From NCBI GenBank assembly GCA_965203325.1, contig OZ241875.1, positions 3,008,001 to 3,072,000 on the forward strand: a stretch of DNA of 64,000 nucleotides. Direction: 5' to 3'. Source of the DNA: a bacterium. Lineage in GTDB: Bacteria; UBA8248. The translations under genes and the position numbers were made by a program. This document shows, one piece after another, positions 29,284 to 40,530 of this stretch (position 1 is the stretch's first letter; each line of letters opens with the position of its first letter). Below the pieces are notes generated by a model, which saw only the letters and a list, made by a program, of their open reading frames with translations, did no database searches and was not told where the DNA came from.

Positions 29284-30099
29284 ATGACCGAAAAAAGCAC
29301 GATTCAGAACATGGCGCTGTTTTGTGATTTCGAAAATATCGCCCTGGGCGTGCGCGACGCCAAATACGCGGATTTCGATATTCAAAGAGTGCTGGAGCGC
29401 TTGCTGCTCAGGGGCAGCATCGTCGTCAAGAAAGCCTACTGCAATTGGGCGCGCTACAAGGAATTCAAGGCGCCCATGCACGAGGCGGCCTTCGAGTTAA
29501 TCGAAATACCGCACGTCCGCAGTTCCGGCAAGAACTCCGCCGATATTCGCATGGTCGTCGATGCGTTGGACCTCTGCTATACCAAGTCGCACGTCGATAC
29601 CTTCGTGATTATCAGCGGCGATTCCGATTTTTCGCCTTTGGTCAGCAAGCTCCGCGAGAACAACAAGGTGGTTGTCGGCGTCGGCGTGAAGAACTCGACC
29701 TCCGACCTGCTGACCTCGAACTGCGACGAGTTCATCTATTACGAAGACTTGATGCGCGAATCCGAAAAGCAGGGAAAGGCCAAACGGAAACGGCCGCCCG
29801 CCCGCGCCGGAAGAAAGAAAGTCGTCGACGGCGAAGAGGAAAAACGGCTGGAAGGGCTCAATCTGGTCCTGGAGACGACCGAGGACTTGTCGCGGGAGCG
29901 GGGCGAGGAAGAGAAAGTCTGGGGGTCGATGGTGAAACAGGCCCTGAAACGCCGCAAACCGGGATTCAGCGAATCCCATCACGGATACAAAACGTTCAAA
30001 CACTTGCTCGAAGACGCGAAAGCCCGCGGGATGCTGGAACTGAAATACGACAGAAAATCCGGCGGATACATCGTGAAGAGCGTGCAACTCGATGAATAG
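29284..30099 (+). CDS. NYN (LabA/DUF88) domain protein with C-terminal OST-HTH/LOTUS domain
   Basis: ALF.DFEN, GKNSADI....DA, SGDSDFSPL, CDEFI.Y; C-terminal P.F.E...GY..F..LLE. Confidence 0.9.
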   Translation: MTEKSTIQNMALFCDFENIALGVRDAKYADFDIQRVLERLLLRGSIVVKKAYCNWARYKEFKAPMHEAAFELIEIPHVRSSGKNSADIRMVVDALDLCYTKSHVDTFVIISGDSDFSPLVSKLRENNKVVVGVGVKNSTSDLLTSNCDEFIYYEDLMRESEKQGKAKRKRPPARAGRKKVVDGEEEKRLEGLNLVLETTEDLSRERGEEEKVWGSMVKQALKRRKPGFSESHHGYKTFKHLLEDAKARGMLELKYDRKSGGYIVKSVQLDE

Positions 30100-30100
30100 G

Positions 30101-30140
30101 CGCGCGTAGACGCTCACGACGGAAGCCTGGCGGACGCGGG
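30101..30140 (+). repeat. Partial duplicate of the tmRNA 3' region (29172-29211)
   Basis: 38 of 40 nt identical. Confidence 0.92.
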
Positions 30141-30184
30141 AAAACCGTCTTCCTATCCTTCCTTGACGTGAACCCTCCTTCCCC

Positions 30185-30405
30185 GGGGTTGTTGAAAAAG
30201 CCCCGAATTCGTGATTCGGCGAACAGACCCAACCGGTGAGAAAGGTCCGTAGGGACAGGCCCCTGTGCCTGTCCGAGGTCGCGACCTTGGGCCGTTCATA
30301 AGAACGGCCCACTACAAGAAGCGATGTGGCTTTGTTCGTCATTCCGGCTTTCGCCGGAATGACGACGGTGGTCGATTCCGAGCGAGGAGGGTCTTTTCAA
30401 CAACC
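30185..30405. mobile_element. MITE-like element with IS1182-like TIRs and REP-like hairpins
   Basis: GGGGTTGTTGAAAAAGCCC ... GGGTCTTTTCAACAACC; internal gtagggacagg, gggccgttc/gaacggccc and gtcattccggc/gccggaatgac hairpins. Confidence 0.75.
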
Positions 30406-31908
30406 TTCATCCTCCTCGCTCTTCGTCTCCGGGAACCATTCGAGAAAACCCTCTTCGGTGGCGGGCGGGAAGGGCCACTGGTCGCCGCGCATGGCGGAGA
30501 GCGTGCGGTCGGGGCCGGGCTGGAACCGCCGGGCCGGCTCGCCCACGAGTTTTCCGTCTTCCATCCATTTCTCGTCGCTTCCGTACATCTGGCCCTCCAG
30601 CGTCTCGCTCAGCCGGGCGAGGACGTCGGCGTAGGCGGGGTCCGAGAAGAGGTCCACCATTTCATGCGGGTCTTCTGCTAAATCGAAGAGCTGGAAGTAG
30701 TGCCCGACCGGGTAGTAGATGAGCTTGTGGCGTCCGTCGTGGATCATGCGCGAGGAATGCGCGTCCTCGCCCGCCTCGCCGAAGAGGAACTCCCGCCTCT
30801 CCTCGCCCACCATCGAGATGCCTTCCACCGTCTCGGGGATATCGATGCCGCACAGATCGAGCAGGGTGGGCATCACGTCCTGCAGCCCCACGAGGCGGTC
30901 GTCGACCCGGCCGGAGCCTACACGCGCGTCGTCCGGGAGACCCACCAGTATCATCGGGATTCCGGCGGAATACTCGTAGAAGACGCGCTTCGCCCACATG
31001 CCGTGGTTGCCGAGCATGTCGCCGTGGTCGGAGGTGAAGCAGATGATGGTGTCGTTGGTGAGGCTTTCCTCGCGCAGGGTGCCGATGATGATGCGTATCT
31101 GGTGCTCGATATGGGTGCACAGCGCGTAGAACGCCCGGCGCGCGTCGATAACCGCCCCCTCATTATAAAGGTCGCCGCGCGACTGGGTGGCCTGCGCGTT
31201 GTAGGGGAGTTCGCCGCGCTCACGCGCCCACTCGCCCACGAACGGCTCGTCGATGGGAATCTCGCGGTAGATGTCCAGATAGGCCTGCAGCGGCACGAGC
31301 GGCGGATGCGGATGGCGGTAGGAGAGATACCAGAAGGCGGGCCGCCTCGGGTCGCGCCGCTTAATGGTTCGCGCCATCATGCGGGTCGTCCAGTTCGTGG
31401 GGTGCGTCGCCTCGGGCAGGTGCCATGCCCGGTAGGTGTACTGGTTGTTCCCCATGCCGTGGTCGAACTGCCGGCCCGTGTAGCCGATGTCGCCCAGGTA
31501 GATATCGTAATCGTCGGCGACGTTGTAGATCGAACGGCCCTCATCGTCGAGGATGACGTCGTCGAAGCCGATACGGTCGCGCTGGGGATAGACGTGGATC
31601 TTCCCGACCGCGTAGGCTTGGTAGCCCGCGTCGCGGAAGGTCTGCGCCATCGTCGGCAGGTGGTCGGGCATCAGCATCGTCGGGTTGAACACGCGGTCGC
31701 CGTGGGCGCGGGCGCTGGCGCCGGTCATCAGCGTCCGCCGCGCCGGTATGCAGAACGGGTGTTCGGAATAGGCGTTCGTGAAGCGCACGCCGTTCTTGCA
31801 GAAGGTGTCGAGCGTCGGCGTCAGGATGCAGGGATGCCCCGCTGCCCCCAGGAGGGGCGAGGACCAGTGGTCGGTATTGATCAGCAGGACGTTGGGTCTC
31901 GTTTGCAT
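30397..31908 (-). CDS. Cys-type (formylglycine-dependent) sulfatase
   Basis: RPNVLLI.TD, CIPARRTLMTG, GKIH, PHPP, SDHGDMLG.H. Confidence 0.92.
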   Translation of the reverse strand: MQTRPNVLLINTDHWSSPLLGAAGHPCILTPTLDTFCKNGVRFTNAYSEHPFCIPARRTLMTGASARAHGDRVFNPTMLMPDHLPTMAQTFRDAGYQAYAVGKIHVYPQRDRIGFDDVILDDEGRSIYNVADDYDIYLGDIGYTGRQFDHGMGNNQYTYRAWHLPEATHPTNWTTRMMARTIKRRDPRRPAFWYLSYRHPHPPLVPLQAYLDIYREIPIDEPFVGEWARERGELPYNAQATQSRGDLYNEGAVIDARRAFYALCTHIEHQIRIIIGTLREESLTNDTIICFTSDHGDMLGNHGMWAKRVFYEYSAGIPMILVGLPDDARVGSGRVDDRLVGLQDVMPTLLDLCGIDIPETVEGISMVGEERREFLFGEAGEDAHSSRMIHDGRHKLIYYPVGHYFQLFDLAEDPHEMVDLFSDPAYADVLARLSETLEGQMYGSDEKWMEDGKLVGEPARRFQPGPDRTLSAMRGDQWPFPPATEEGFLEWFPETKSEEDEGC

Positions 31909-32316
31909 GTGTTATCACTCTCCATGAAGTTTCAAGCCGTGTTCGGGAAATGATCGAGGTTCGGCGACGCCTGGTTCGCGCGCAGGCACGCCTCGCGGCG
32001 GACCGCGTCCATCGCGCCCGTGGCCATGATGCCGAGCGTCTCGTCGTAGTCCGCATTGTAGGTGAAAAAGCCCTTACTGCGTAGCGGTCTGCGCCCGTAG
32101 AGATGCTCTCCACATTCAAGGGGAAGAAAATGCACACCAGTTACATACTCCCCTGAATCCTCCTCTTTATCTCCATTGCATTCCGTGATTCACACGGATT
32201 AAAATGCGCACGTCATCGAGGGGGCGTCGCCTGAGTATTTCCGGTTGTTTCGGATGGTCGGTTCGCGGCGCCGTGAGTCGATATGTCCCGCGAGGTTTCC
32301 ATAGAGGACACAGAGC

Positions 32317-34476
32317 ATGTCGCGCCTGGCCGAAGATGAATCCTCCGCCATCACCGTCGAGCCGATACTCGATCCGCGTAGCCGCTACCTGAATCGCGAG
32401 CTTTCCTGGCTCTTCTTCAACTGGCGCGTGCTCGCCGAGGCGAGCAATCTCCGCCATCCCGTGCTGGAACGGCTGCGCTTCCTCTCGATATCGGCGAGCA
32501 ACCTCGATGAGTTCTTCATGGTGCGCCTGGCGGGCCTCAAGGGCCAGGTGGCCAACGGCGTGACCCAGAAGAGTCTCGATGGGCGCACGCCCGCCGAGCA
32601 GTTGCTCGAAGTCGCCCGGGAGAGCGCGCGCCTCATTAGCGAGCAGGAGGCCGTGTGGCGGCGCCTGCAGGTTGAACTCGCCGAGGCCGGCATCTCGGTG
32701 GTCGCGAAGGAAGATTTGAACCCGGAGGAAGTCGACTGGCTCGGAAACTATTTCCTGAAACAGGTCTTTCCCGTACTGACGCCCCTGGCCATCGACCCGG
32801 CGCATCCGTTTCCCTTCATCGCCAATCGGGGCTTCTGCCTCGCGCTGGAACTCGAAGCCGTCAAGGGCGCGCGGAAGATGCGGGCGCTGGTGCCGCTGCC
32901 CGACCAGGTGCACCGTTTCATCCGCATTCCGGGTGAGGAGATCCGCTTCATCGCGCTGGAGAATCTGGTGCGCCTGTTCATCGATCAGCTCTTCCCCGGC
33001 TACCGGATCGCCGGCAGCGGCGTGTTCCGGCTGATCCGCGACAGCGACATCGAATACGAAGAAGAGGCCGAAGACCTCGTCCTGTTGTTCGAAACCATGC
33101 TGCGCCGCCGGAGGCTCGGCGGCGTGGTGCGCCTGAACCTGAGCGCCGACATGCCGGACTCGCTGCGGGACTTGGTGATTGAAGAGTTCGACGCCCAGCC
33201 CGAGGACATCGTGGAGTTGACCGGCACGATCGGCATGTCGCAACTCGGCGAACTGATTGATTGCGGGCGGGAGGACCTGATATTCCCGGCCTATCGGGCG
33301 CGCTTTCCCGAGCGCATTCGCGAGTACGACAACGATTGCTTCGCGGCAATCCGCCACAAGGACATCGTCGTCCATCACCCCTATGAGAGTTTCGACGTGG
33401 TGGTGCAGTTTCTCGATCAGGCGGCGGCGGACCCGAACGTGCTGGCGATCAAGCAGACGCTCTACCGCACGACCGACGAGTCGCCCATCGTCAAGGCGCT
33501 CATCGCGGCGGCGGAGTCGGGCAAATCGGTCACCGCGCTGGTCGAGCTCAAGGCGCGCTTCGACGAGGAGACGAACCTCAAGCTCTCGCGTTCTTTAGAG
33601 CGCGCAGGCGTCCACGTGGTCTACGGCTTCATGAAGCTCAAGACCCACGCCAAGGTCACCTGCGTGGTGCGGCGCGAGGGCGAAGATCTGCGCAGCTACG
33701 TGCATTTCGGCACGGGCAACTATCACCCGATCACCGCGCGGATTTACACCGACCTCTCGTTTTTCACCTGCGACGAACGGCTCGCCCACGACGCCGCGCA
33801 GGTCTTCAACCTCACCACCGGCTATGCGCTGCCGAGCAGCTTCGAGCGCGTCGCCGTGGCGCCTTCAGGCCTTAGAAAATCCGTGCTGGCGATGATTGAC
33901 GAGGAGATCGCCAACGCCGAGGCCGGGAGGCCGGCCGGGGTCTGGGCGAAGATGAACTCGCTCGTCGACGGGACGGTCATCGACAAGCTCTACCAGGCGA
34001 GCGCCGCGGGCGTTCAGGTCGACTTGGTGGTGCGCGGCATCTGCTGCCTGCGTCCGGGCGTGCCGGGCCTGTCCGAGAACATCCGGGTCAAGAGCATCAT
34101 CGGGCGTTTTCTCGAACACTCGCGCATCGTGTGTTTCGCCAACGGCCACCCGCTGCCCTCGCCTCATGCGAAGGTTTTCATTACCTCGGCCGACTGGATG
34201 CCGCGCAACTTCGATCGCCGCTGCGAGGTGCTGGTGCCGATTGAAAACGAGACGGTGCACCGGCAGGTGCTCGATCAGATCATGGTGGCGAATTTCAAGG
34301 ACGATACCCAAAGCTGGAACATGGCCGGCGACGGCGGTTACGAGCGCGCGCCGCTCGGGGAAGAAGATTTCACGGCGCACACCTATTTCATGACGAATCC
34401 GAGTCTGTCTGGTCGCGGAAGCGCACTCAGACGGGCCGGCGGCCCGGCGAGGTTGCGTATTGCGGAAGACGGCTGA
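32317..34476 (+). CDS. ppk1: Polyphosphate kinase 1
   Basis: [44 protein letters not shown]. Confidence 0.97.
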   Translation: MSRLAEDESSAITVEPILDPRSRYLNRELSWLFFNWRVLAEASNLRHPVLERLRFLSISASNLDEFFMVRLAGLKGQVANGVTQKSLDGRTPAEQLLEVARESARLISEQEAVWRRLQVELAEAGISVVAKEDLNPEEVDWLGNYFLKQVFPVLTPLAIDPAHPFPFIANRGFCLALELEAVKGARKMRALVPLPDQVHRFIRIPGEEIRFIALENLVRLFIDQLFPGYRIAGSGVFRLIRDSDIEYEEEAEDLVLLFETMLRRRRLGGVVRLNLSADMPDSLRDLVIEEFDAQPEDIVELTGTIGMSQLGELIDCGREDLIFPAYRARFPERIREYDNDCFAAIRHKDIVVHHPYESFDVVVQFLDQAAADPNVLAIKQTLYRTTDESPIVKALIAAAESGKSVTALVELKARFDEETNLKLSRSLERAGVHVVYGFMKLKTHAKVTCVVRREGEDLRSYVHFGTGNYHPITARIYTDLSFFTCDERLAHDAAQVFNLTTGYALPSSFERVAVAPSGLRKSVLAMIDEEIANAEAGRPAGVWAKMNSLVDGTVIDKLYQASAAGVQVDLVVRGICCLRPGVPGLSENIRVKSIIGRFLEHSRIVCFANGHPLPSPHAKVFITSADWMPRNFDRRCEVLVPIENETVHRQVLDQIMVANFKDDTQSWNMAGDGGYERAPLGEEDFTAHTYFMTNPSLSGRGSALRRAGGPARLRIAEDG

Positions 34477-35980
34477 ACGTCCATGCCTCGCCGAAGAGGC
34501 GACCGGCTCTCAAGAACGTTATGGCGTAATCGACATTGGCTCCAACTCGATCCGTCTGGTCGTGTTCGAGGGATTGTCGCGCGCGCCGCTCCCCATGTTC
34601 AACGAAAGAATCCTGTGCGGCCTGGGCCGCGGTTTGCACGACACCGGGCGGCTCGACCCGCAGGGGGTCGAGGGGGCGCTCCTGAACATCGAGCGGTTCG
34701 GCAACCTGTTGCGCGCGATGGGGGTGGCGCGCTTCGACGCCATCGCCACCGCGGCGGTGCGCGACGCCGGGGACGGGGCCGGGTTCGTCGCAGAAGTGGA
34801 GCGGCGGTGCGGTTTCCGCGTGCGCGTCCTCTCGGGTGCCGAAGAAGCCGAAATGGCGGCGCTCGGCGTGTTGAGCGGGATACCGGGGGCGGACGGCGTC
34901 GTGGGCGATTTGGGCGGCGGCAGCCTCGAACTGGTTCATCTGGTCGATGGCGTCATCGCCGAGCAGGCCACCCTGCCCCTGGGGCCGCTCAACCTCTTCG
35001 CCGCCTCGGTCGGCCAGCGCAAGCGCGCGCGGAAGATCATCGATGAGGCTCTGGCCGAGTTATCCTGGCTCGCGAAAATGCGGGGGCGCGCTTTCTACGC
35101 CGTCGGCGGCAACTGGCGCGCCCTGGCGCACGCCCACATGGCGCATTCGGGCTATCCGCTCAACATCATCCACCACTACCGGCTGCGCCGGGGCGACCTC
35201 GCGAAAATCGCCGAACTGGTCTCCCGCCAGAGTCGCGAGTCGCTCGCGGGCATTCGGGGCGTTTCGAGCAGGCGGCTCGATTTGCTGCCGCTCGCCGCAC
35301 TGGTGATGGAGCGGTTGTTGGCCGCCGCCACGCCGCGCGACGTTGTTTTCTCCGCGGATGGGCTGCGCGAGGGGCTCGCCTATGCCCGCCTGGGGGAGCG
35401 GAGCGGGAATGAGGATCCACTGCTCAGCGCGGTGGGCGACATTCATGCCCGCACCGCCCGTTTTAGCGAGCACGCCCCGGAACTGCTCGAGTGGACGGAT
35501 GACATTTTTCCCGAAGAAAAGGCGTCCGAGCGCCGCCTGCGCCACGCCGTCTGCCTGCTCGGCGACGTCGGCTGGCGGGTGCACCCCGACTACCGGGCCG
35601 CCCAGGCCAGCGCGGAGGTGCTGCATGCGCGCACCCTGCACGTCAATCACCAGGAGCGGGTGTTTCTCGCCCTGGCCGTCTTCAGCCGTTATACGGGCCG
35701 CCAGACCGATGGAGAGTTGCGCACCGTCGAGAGGCTGCTGGACGAGGAAACGGCCGGTCGCGCGCGCATCATGGGCTCGGCCGTTCGCCTGGGCGAAACC
35801 TTGTGCGGCGGCGCGCCCGGGGTGCTGGGGCGCTTTTCGCTCAAGCCGTCCCTGCGTCGGGGCGCGCTCAAGCTCAAGTGCCGCCGGAGTGACCAGAATA
35901 TGCTGGGCGAGGTCGTCGTGCGCCGCTTCGAGGCCCTGGCCGCTCTGATGGGGCTGGCGCCCGAGGTGCGCTTTGATTGA
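34460..35980 (+). CDS. ppx: Ppx/GppA exopolyphosphatase; start uncertain
   Basis: [31 protein letters not shown]. Confidence 0.93.
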   Translation: MRKTAERPCLAEEATGSQERYGVIDIGSNSIRLVVFEGLSRAPLPMFNERILCGLGRGLHDTGRLDPQGVEGALLNIERFGNLLRAMGVARFDAIATAAVRDAGDGAGFVAEVERRCGFRVRVLSGAEEAEMAALGVLSGIPGADGVVGDLGGGSLELVHLVDGVIAEQATLPLGPLNLFAASVGQRKRARKIIDEALAELSWLAKMRGRAFYAVGGNWRALAHAHMAHSGYPLNIIHHYRLRRGDLAKIAELVSRQSRESLAGIRGVSSRRLDLLPLAALVMERLLAAATPRDVVFSADGLREGLAYARLGERSGNEDPLLSAVGDIHARTARFSEHAPELLEWTDDIFPEEKASERRLRHAVCLLGDVGWRVHPDYRAAQASAEVLHARTLHVNHQERVFLALAVFSRYTGRQTDGELRTVERLLDEETAGRARIMGSAVRLGETLCGGAPGVLGRFSLKPSLRRGALKLKCRRSDQNMLGEVVVRRFEALAALMGLAPEVRFD

Positions 35981-36022
35981 TCAGGAAGACGCGTGATGAC
36001 TAGGCAACCGATCGGGTGTTTT

Positions 36023-37006
36023 TCAGGATGGCCGGTCTGTCCGATCTATTGGCGGACCCTGGATAATCCCTAACTCTTGTAAGGCCCGCACCGCTCGAAG
36101 GACGGTCGTATCCCTTTCCTCGATGAGTTCTTCTCGCGACCGCCCTCCGTAGTCGCGCCACCCCTTTCCGGTGGAGAGCCCCAGTTCGCCTCGCTCGATC
36201 TGCTTCAATAACAACGTAGGGGGCTTGAACTTGGGGTCGCTTTCAGCCTTGTAGAGGTTCTCGAAAACGTTCAGCGTGATGTCGGCGTCGTGGAGGAGGT
36301 CGTTCCATTCGAACGGCCCCTTGCAGGCCAGGCGGATTCCGAAGCCGTGCCGGACGGCCTCGTCCACGTCCCCGGGCGTGGTGAGTCCGCGCTCCACCAG
36401 GCTGACGGCTTCGTTCAGCATGGCGTACTGGAGGCGGTTCACGATATAGCCTGCGACGTCCTGGCAGGTGACGGGCGACTTGCCGATCTTCCTCAAAAAC
36501 GCGAGGAGCGTGGCATGGACCTCCTCGCTCGTGGCGGGGCCGAGAACCACTTCCACGAGTGGGAGAATGTGCGGGGGGTTCGCCCAGTGCGCGCCGATTA
36601 CGCGGCCGGGGTCGGAAACGGCATCGGCGATATCCGCCACGCGGAGCGATGAGGTGGTCGTGGCGAGCACGGCTTCGGGCGGGGCGTGCTCGTCCAGTTC
36701 CTGGAAGACGCCTTGTTTGACGCCCAGGTCTTCATATACCGCCTCGAAGACGAAGTCGGCCTGCGCCGCCGCTTCCTCCAGGCTTGCGGCGAGAGATACG
36801 CGCCCGGCGAGCGGGGAGGGAATCTCCTCGGGTGCGAGGCCGTATTCGCGCAGGATGCGCAGGTCGCCCTCCATCCACTCCAGGGCGGATTCGAGCCGGG
36901 CCGGGTCCTTGTCCGTCAGGGCCACGCTCGCGCCGGTGATCGCGCAATGAAGCGCAATGCCGTGGCCCATCATGCCGGCCCCCACCACCGCTACCCGGGA
37001 ATCCAC
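36023..37006 (-). CDS. 3-hydroxyacyl-CoA dehydrogenase family protein
   Basis: VVGAGMMG.GIA, EAV.E...K, HW.NPP....LVEV, G.I.NRL, GPFE..D. Confidence 0.92.
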   Translation of the reverse strand: MDSRVAVVGAGMMGHGIALHCAITGASVALTDKDPARLESALEWMEGDLRILREYGLAPEEIPSPLAGRVSLAASLEEAAAQADFVFEAVYEDLGVKQGVFQELDEHAPPEAVLATTTSSLRVADIADAVSDPGRVIGAHWANPPHILPLVEVVLGPATSEEVHATLLAFLRKIGKSPVTCQDVAGYIVNRLQYAMLNEAVSLVERGLTTPGDVDEAVRHGFGIRLACKGPFEWNDLLHDADITLNVFENLYKAESDPKFKPPTLLLKQIERGELGLSTGKGWRDYGGRSREELIEERDTTVLRAVRALQELGIIQGPPIDRTDRPS

Positions 37007-37394
37007 GAAGCGCCTCCTTTCGCCGGTTGTTCATCGAGTCCGAAAGCCTAGCACCCCCATGCCTGAGTGAAAACATGGGAGAGGTGCTCGAAACTCTCCC
37101 GGACAATGGGCCACTAAAGCGGTGGCATCGGATTCGGTCGCGCTTGCGTGGGGAACCTCCCGTATCTTACTATGGGTTCATACATTCAACGTCATATTTG
37201 GTCCATCATTCTTTCCTCGTTGCAGCTTTCCTCGTTGTGGAGGGCTACCGATGGACACGGAATGCGCGTTGTTTTCATTTGCAATTCCCCGCCTTCGCTT
37301 TCCCCGACCCCATTTCGCAGCGTTTCCTCCGGTCGAGCGGCGTCAAAATCCGCTCGCCGGTCGTTCTTTCCATCCCCAAAAGGAGGTACGGATC

Positions 37395-38396
37395 ATGCGT
37401 AACAGACTCCGGCGTCTCCTCCACGTCCGTGGAGCCGCCCTGACAGGCCTGGTGACCATGTCCCTCGCAGGCGTCCTTTTGAGTTCCGCGCCCGTAGAAG
37501 CCGCCAAGGTGTATCTCAACTTCGCGGGCAGCCGGCCCGGCGGCGGCTGGTTCTACATGGCGGGCGGCCTCTCGCCCATCCTGACCCGCGGGATTAAAAA
37601 CCTCAACGTGGTGGCGGAATCCACACAGGGCGACGTGGAGAACGTACGCCGCATGGCCACGGGGGATCTGGACATGGCCATCGTCCACGCGCCGACCATG
37701 GCGGAGGCGTATCTCGGCGTCAGGTCCTTCAAGGGAAAGAAACCGGCCAAGGACATCCGTGTGCTCATGAAATTCTACGACAGCCCCTTCGGGGTGCTCA
37801 CGCTCCAGAAATCGGGCATCAAGACTTTTGATGATCTGAAGGGCAAGACCATCGCCGGCGGCCCGGCCGGCAGCGGGAGCATCAAGAACTTCAAGATGGC
37901 CTTACAGGCCTTCGGTCTGCTGGACACGGTGAAGATCAAGTATCTGACCTACGCCGATGAGACCAACGCCATGATCGACGGCACGCTCGACGCCGCGGCC
38001 CAGAACGGGTTGCACTCGGCCTGGACCCTCTCGCTGGATGCGCAGCGGCCCCTCCGACTCGTGCGCATGAGCGAGGCGCAGCGCAAGTTGTTCATCAAGA
38101 CGTATGCGGGGTTCTGGCCCGGCACCTACGATCCGACGAAGGTGTTCAAGACCATCAAGGAGCCTTACCCCACGATCTGGAACACGGTCTTCTGGGTGGC
38201 GAACAAGCGCGTACCGGAGAAGATCGCCTACGACATCGTCAAGACGGTCTTCACCCCCAAGGTCAAGAAGGTGCTGCCCAAGATCCACAGGCTGATGCGC
38301 GGGATAGACGCCGGGGTGGAGGAGGCGAAAAAGTCCGGGTTGCCGATGCATCCGGGAGCGGCCCGGTATTGGCGTGAGAAGGGAATGAAGAAGTAA
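37395..38396 (+). CDS. TAXI family TRAP solute-binding protein
   Basis: AGGAGG RBS, signal peptide, GG.....G, EST.G..EN, P.HPGA.RYW.E.G. Confidence 0.9.
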   Translation: MRNRLRRLLHVRGAALTGLVTMSLAGVLLSSAPVEAAKVYLNFAGSRPGGGWFYMAGGLSPILTRGIKNLNVVAESTQGDVENVRRMATGDLDMAIVHAPTMAEAYLGVRSFKGKKPAKDIRVLMKFYDSPFGVLTLQKSGIKTFDDLKGKTIAGGPAGSGSIKNFKMALQAFGLLDTVKIKYLTYADETNAMIDGTLDAAAQNGLHSAWTLSLDAQRPLRLVRMSEAQRKLFIKTYAGFWPGTYDPTKVFKTIKEPYPTIWNTVFWVANKRVPEKIAYDIVKTVFTPKVKKVLPKIHRLMRGIDAGVEEAKKSGLPMHPGAARYWREKGMKK

Positions 38397-38483
38397 ACCG
38401 CAAAGCCGGGAGCTTGGTCCGGGTCCTGCGGCCTTATCCTTTCGCCGCAGGACCCGGCCTCCCCCTCGCCGAGGAGTGATTCG

Positions 38484-40358
38484 ATGGCTCGTCAACCAGG
38501 GCTGCCCCAGACGAGGCGGCTCGATGGAGCGATGCGTTACGTTATGGTGGCCGTCGCCGTCGTGTTCTCCCTTTTCTACATCTATACGGGAACTTTCGGG
38601 ATTTTCTCGACGCACAGCCACCGGGGGTTCTACCTGATCTTCACCGGCATCCTCCTCTTCCTCCTCTACCCGGCGGGCGCCTCCTCTCCCCAGACCCGGC
38701 CCAGCGCCGTCGACTGGTTCCTCATCGCGCTCACGGTCTTCGCCGCCTATTACTGGATCTGGGACACGCCCTACCGCGCGGAGCGCATGGGCGAACCCAC
38801 GGCGATGGACATGGTCATCGGCGGCATGCTGATCGTCGTCTCCCTCGAGATGGGCAGAAGGGTGCTGGGAAACGTGTTGCCGGTCCTGGCGCTGATCTTC
38901 ATCGTGTACGCCTACGTGGGGCCTTGGCTTCCGGACACCGTCTTCGCCCACAAGGGATTCTCCGCCCAGCGCATACTGGAGTTCATGGCTTCGGAGGTGG
39001 CGGTGTTCGGCGTCGTCATCAACGCATATGCGTCCTACGTATTCTTGTTCATCGCCTTCGCCGCCTTCCTGGAAGCGGCGGGCGGCGGAGAGTTCCTGGT
39101 TCAGTTCGCCAATGCCCTGGCCGGCAGAAGCCGGGGCGGGCCGGCCAAGGTGGCGGTCATCTCCAGCGGATTCGTGGGTTCCATGATGGGCAGCGGCGTC
39201 GCCAACGTGGTGGCCACGGGGTCGTTCACCATCCCGCTGATGAAGCGCACGGGCTACCGGCCCCATATTGCAGGCGCGGTGGAGGCGGCCGCCTCCACGG
39301 GGGGGCAGTTCATGCCGCCCATCATGGGAGCGGCGGCGTTCATTATCGCCGCCATCACGGAGATTCCCTATGTGAACGTCATCGCGGTCGCCACAGTCCC
39401 CGCCGTGGTTTATTTCCTGTCGGTCCTTTTCTTCGTTCATATCGAGGCGGCCAAGGAGGGCATCCGCCTGGTTCCGGCCGAAGAGGTGCCCTCACTCAAG
39501 AGCGTTCTCAAGAGCGGGGGCCACCTCCTCCTGCCCGCCTTCCTCATGGTGTTCGTGCTCATCCAGGGGCACTCTCCCAACCTGGCCGCCGTGGTCGCCA
39601 TCTATTCCATCGTCGTGGTGAGTTTCCTTCGTCGCGAGACGCGCCTGACGCCCCAGCGTCTTCTGGACGCCCTTGTGCTGGGAGCGCGGAATTCACTGGT
39701 GGTGGGCGCCACGGCGGGCGTGGTGGGCCTGATGATCGGGGCCATCATGCTGACCGGGCTGGGGATCAAGTTCAGCGATTTCATCATCAACGCCACGGGC
39801 GGCTACCTGTTCCTCACCCTCACGCTCGTGGGCGTCGTCTGCTATATCCTGGGGATGGGCATGACGGTGGTGGCCGCCTACGTCGTGGTCTCCGTCATCG
39901 CTGTGCCCGCACTGCAGCAACTCGGCGTTCCGCTTCTGGCCTCCCACCTCGTCGTCTTCTGGTTCATCCTCACCTCGGGCGTCACCCCGCCCGTGGCGCT
40001 GGCCGCCTTCGCGGCGTCGGGCATCGCGCAATCGGACGTGAACCAGACGGCATACGCGGCACTGCGCATGTCGCTCGCGCTCCTCATCACGCCATTCCTT
40101 TTCGCCTACACGAACCTCCTGGAGGTGGGCAACTTTTGGCCCATGCTGCTGACGGCCGTCAGCGTCACGCTCGGTTTTCTGGCCATGGTCGGCGCCTTGC
40201 AGGGGTATCTGCTGGCGTCTGTCTCCACGGGACTCCGCGCCCTGCTGGGAGTGTCCGCCGTACTCCTTTTCATGCCTTCGCTGCTTCTACGCGCGCTGGG
40301 ATTCCTGGGTCTGGCGGGCGTACTGGTTTCCCAGAAATGGGCCGGAAGCCAGGATTGA
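38484..40358 (+). CDS. TRAP 4TM/12TM fused permease
   Basis: GGPAKVAV, AVEAAASTGGQ.MPP.MGA.AF, TPPVALAAF. Confidence 0.93.
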   Translation: MARQPGLPQTRRLDGAMRYVMVAVAVVFSLFYIYTGTFGIFSTHSHRGFYLIFTGILLFLLYPAGASSPQTRPSAVDWFLIALTVFAAYYWIWDTPYRAERMGEPTAMDMVIGGMLIVVSLEMGRRVLGNVLPVLALIFIVYAYVGPWLPDTVFAHKGFSAQRILEFMASEVAVFGVVINAYASYVFLFIAFAAFLEAAGGGEFLVQFANALAGRSRGGPAKVAVISSGFVGSMMGSGVANVVATGSFTIPLMKRTGYRPHIAGAVEAAASTGGQFMPPIMGAAAFIIAAITEIPYVNVIAVATVPAVVYFLSVLFFVHIEAAKEGIRLVPAEEVPSLKSVLKSGGHLLLPAFLMVFVLIQGHSPNLAAVVAIYSIVVVSFLRRETRLTPQRLLDALVLGARNSLVVGATAGVVGLMIGAIMLTGLGIKFSDFIINATGGYLFLTLTLVGVVCYILGMGMTVVAAYVVVSVIAVPALQQLGVPLLASHLVVFWFILTSGVTPPVALAAFAASGIAQSDVNQTAYAALRMSLALLITPFLFAYTNLLEVGNFWPMLLTAVSVTLGFLAMVGALQGYLLASVSTGLRALLGVSAVLLFMPSLLLRALGFLGLAGVLVSQKWAGSQD

Positions 40359-40530
40359 GACGAAAAATCCTTGCGGTAAGTGAGGTATTGCGCCCCCGAT
40401 TGCATTTCATTTCCGCTCGGCTAAAATAGCCGGTTACCGATAGTTCGACAGATCAGCGCTCCGGCGCGGAAATCCCCGCTTACGAAGCCGCAGAACCCGG
40501 CGGCGGAAACGTCAAGAAGGAGAACAAGAC

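Noticed and set aside
24416..30405. CRISPR array suggested by recurring palindromes
   Set aside because: Repeats are heterogeneous, irregularly spaced, in both orientations, and there are no cas genes
31932..32146. Short ORF upstream of the sulfatase
   Set aside because: The RBS-preceded ATG is followed at once by TAA and no family is recognisable; possibly a remnant but unsupported
37122..37146. Sigma-54 promoter upstream of the TAXI gene
   Set aside because: TGGCA and TTGC are not at the required -24/-12 spacing
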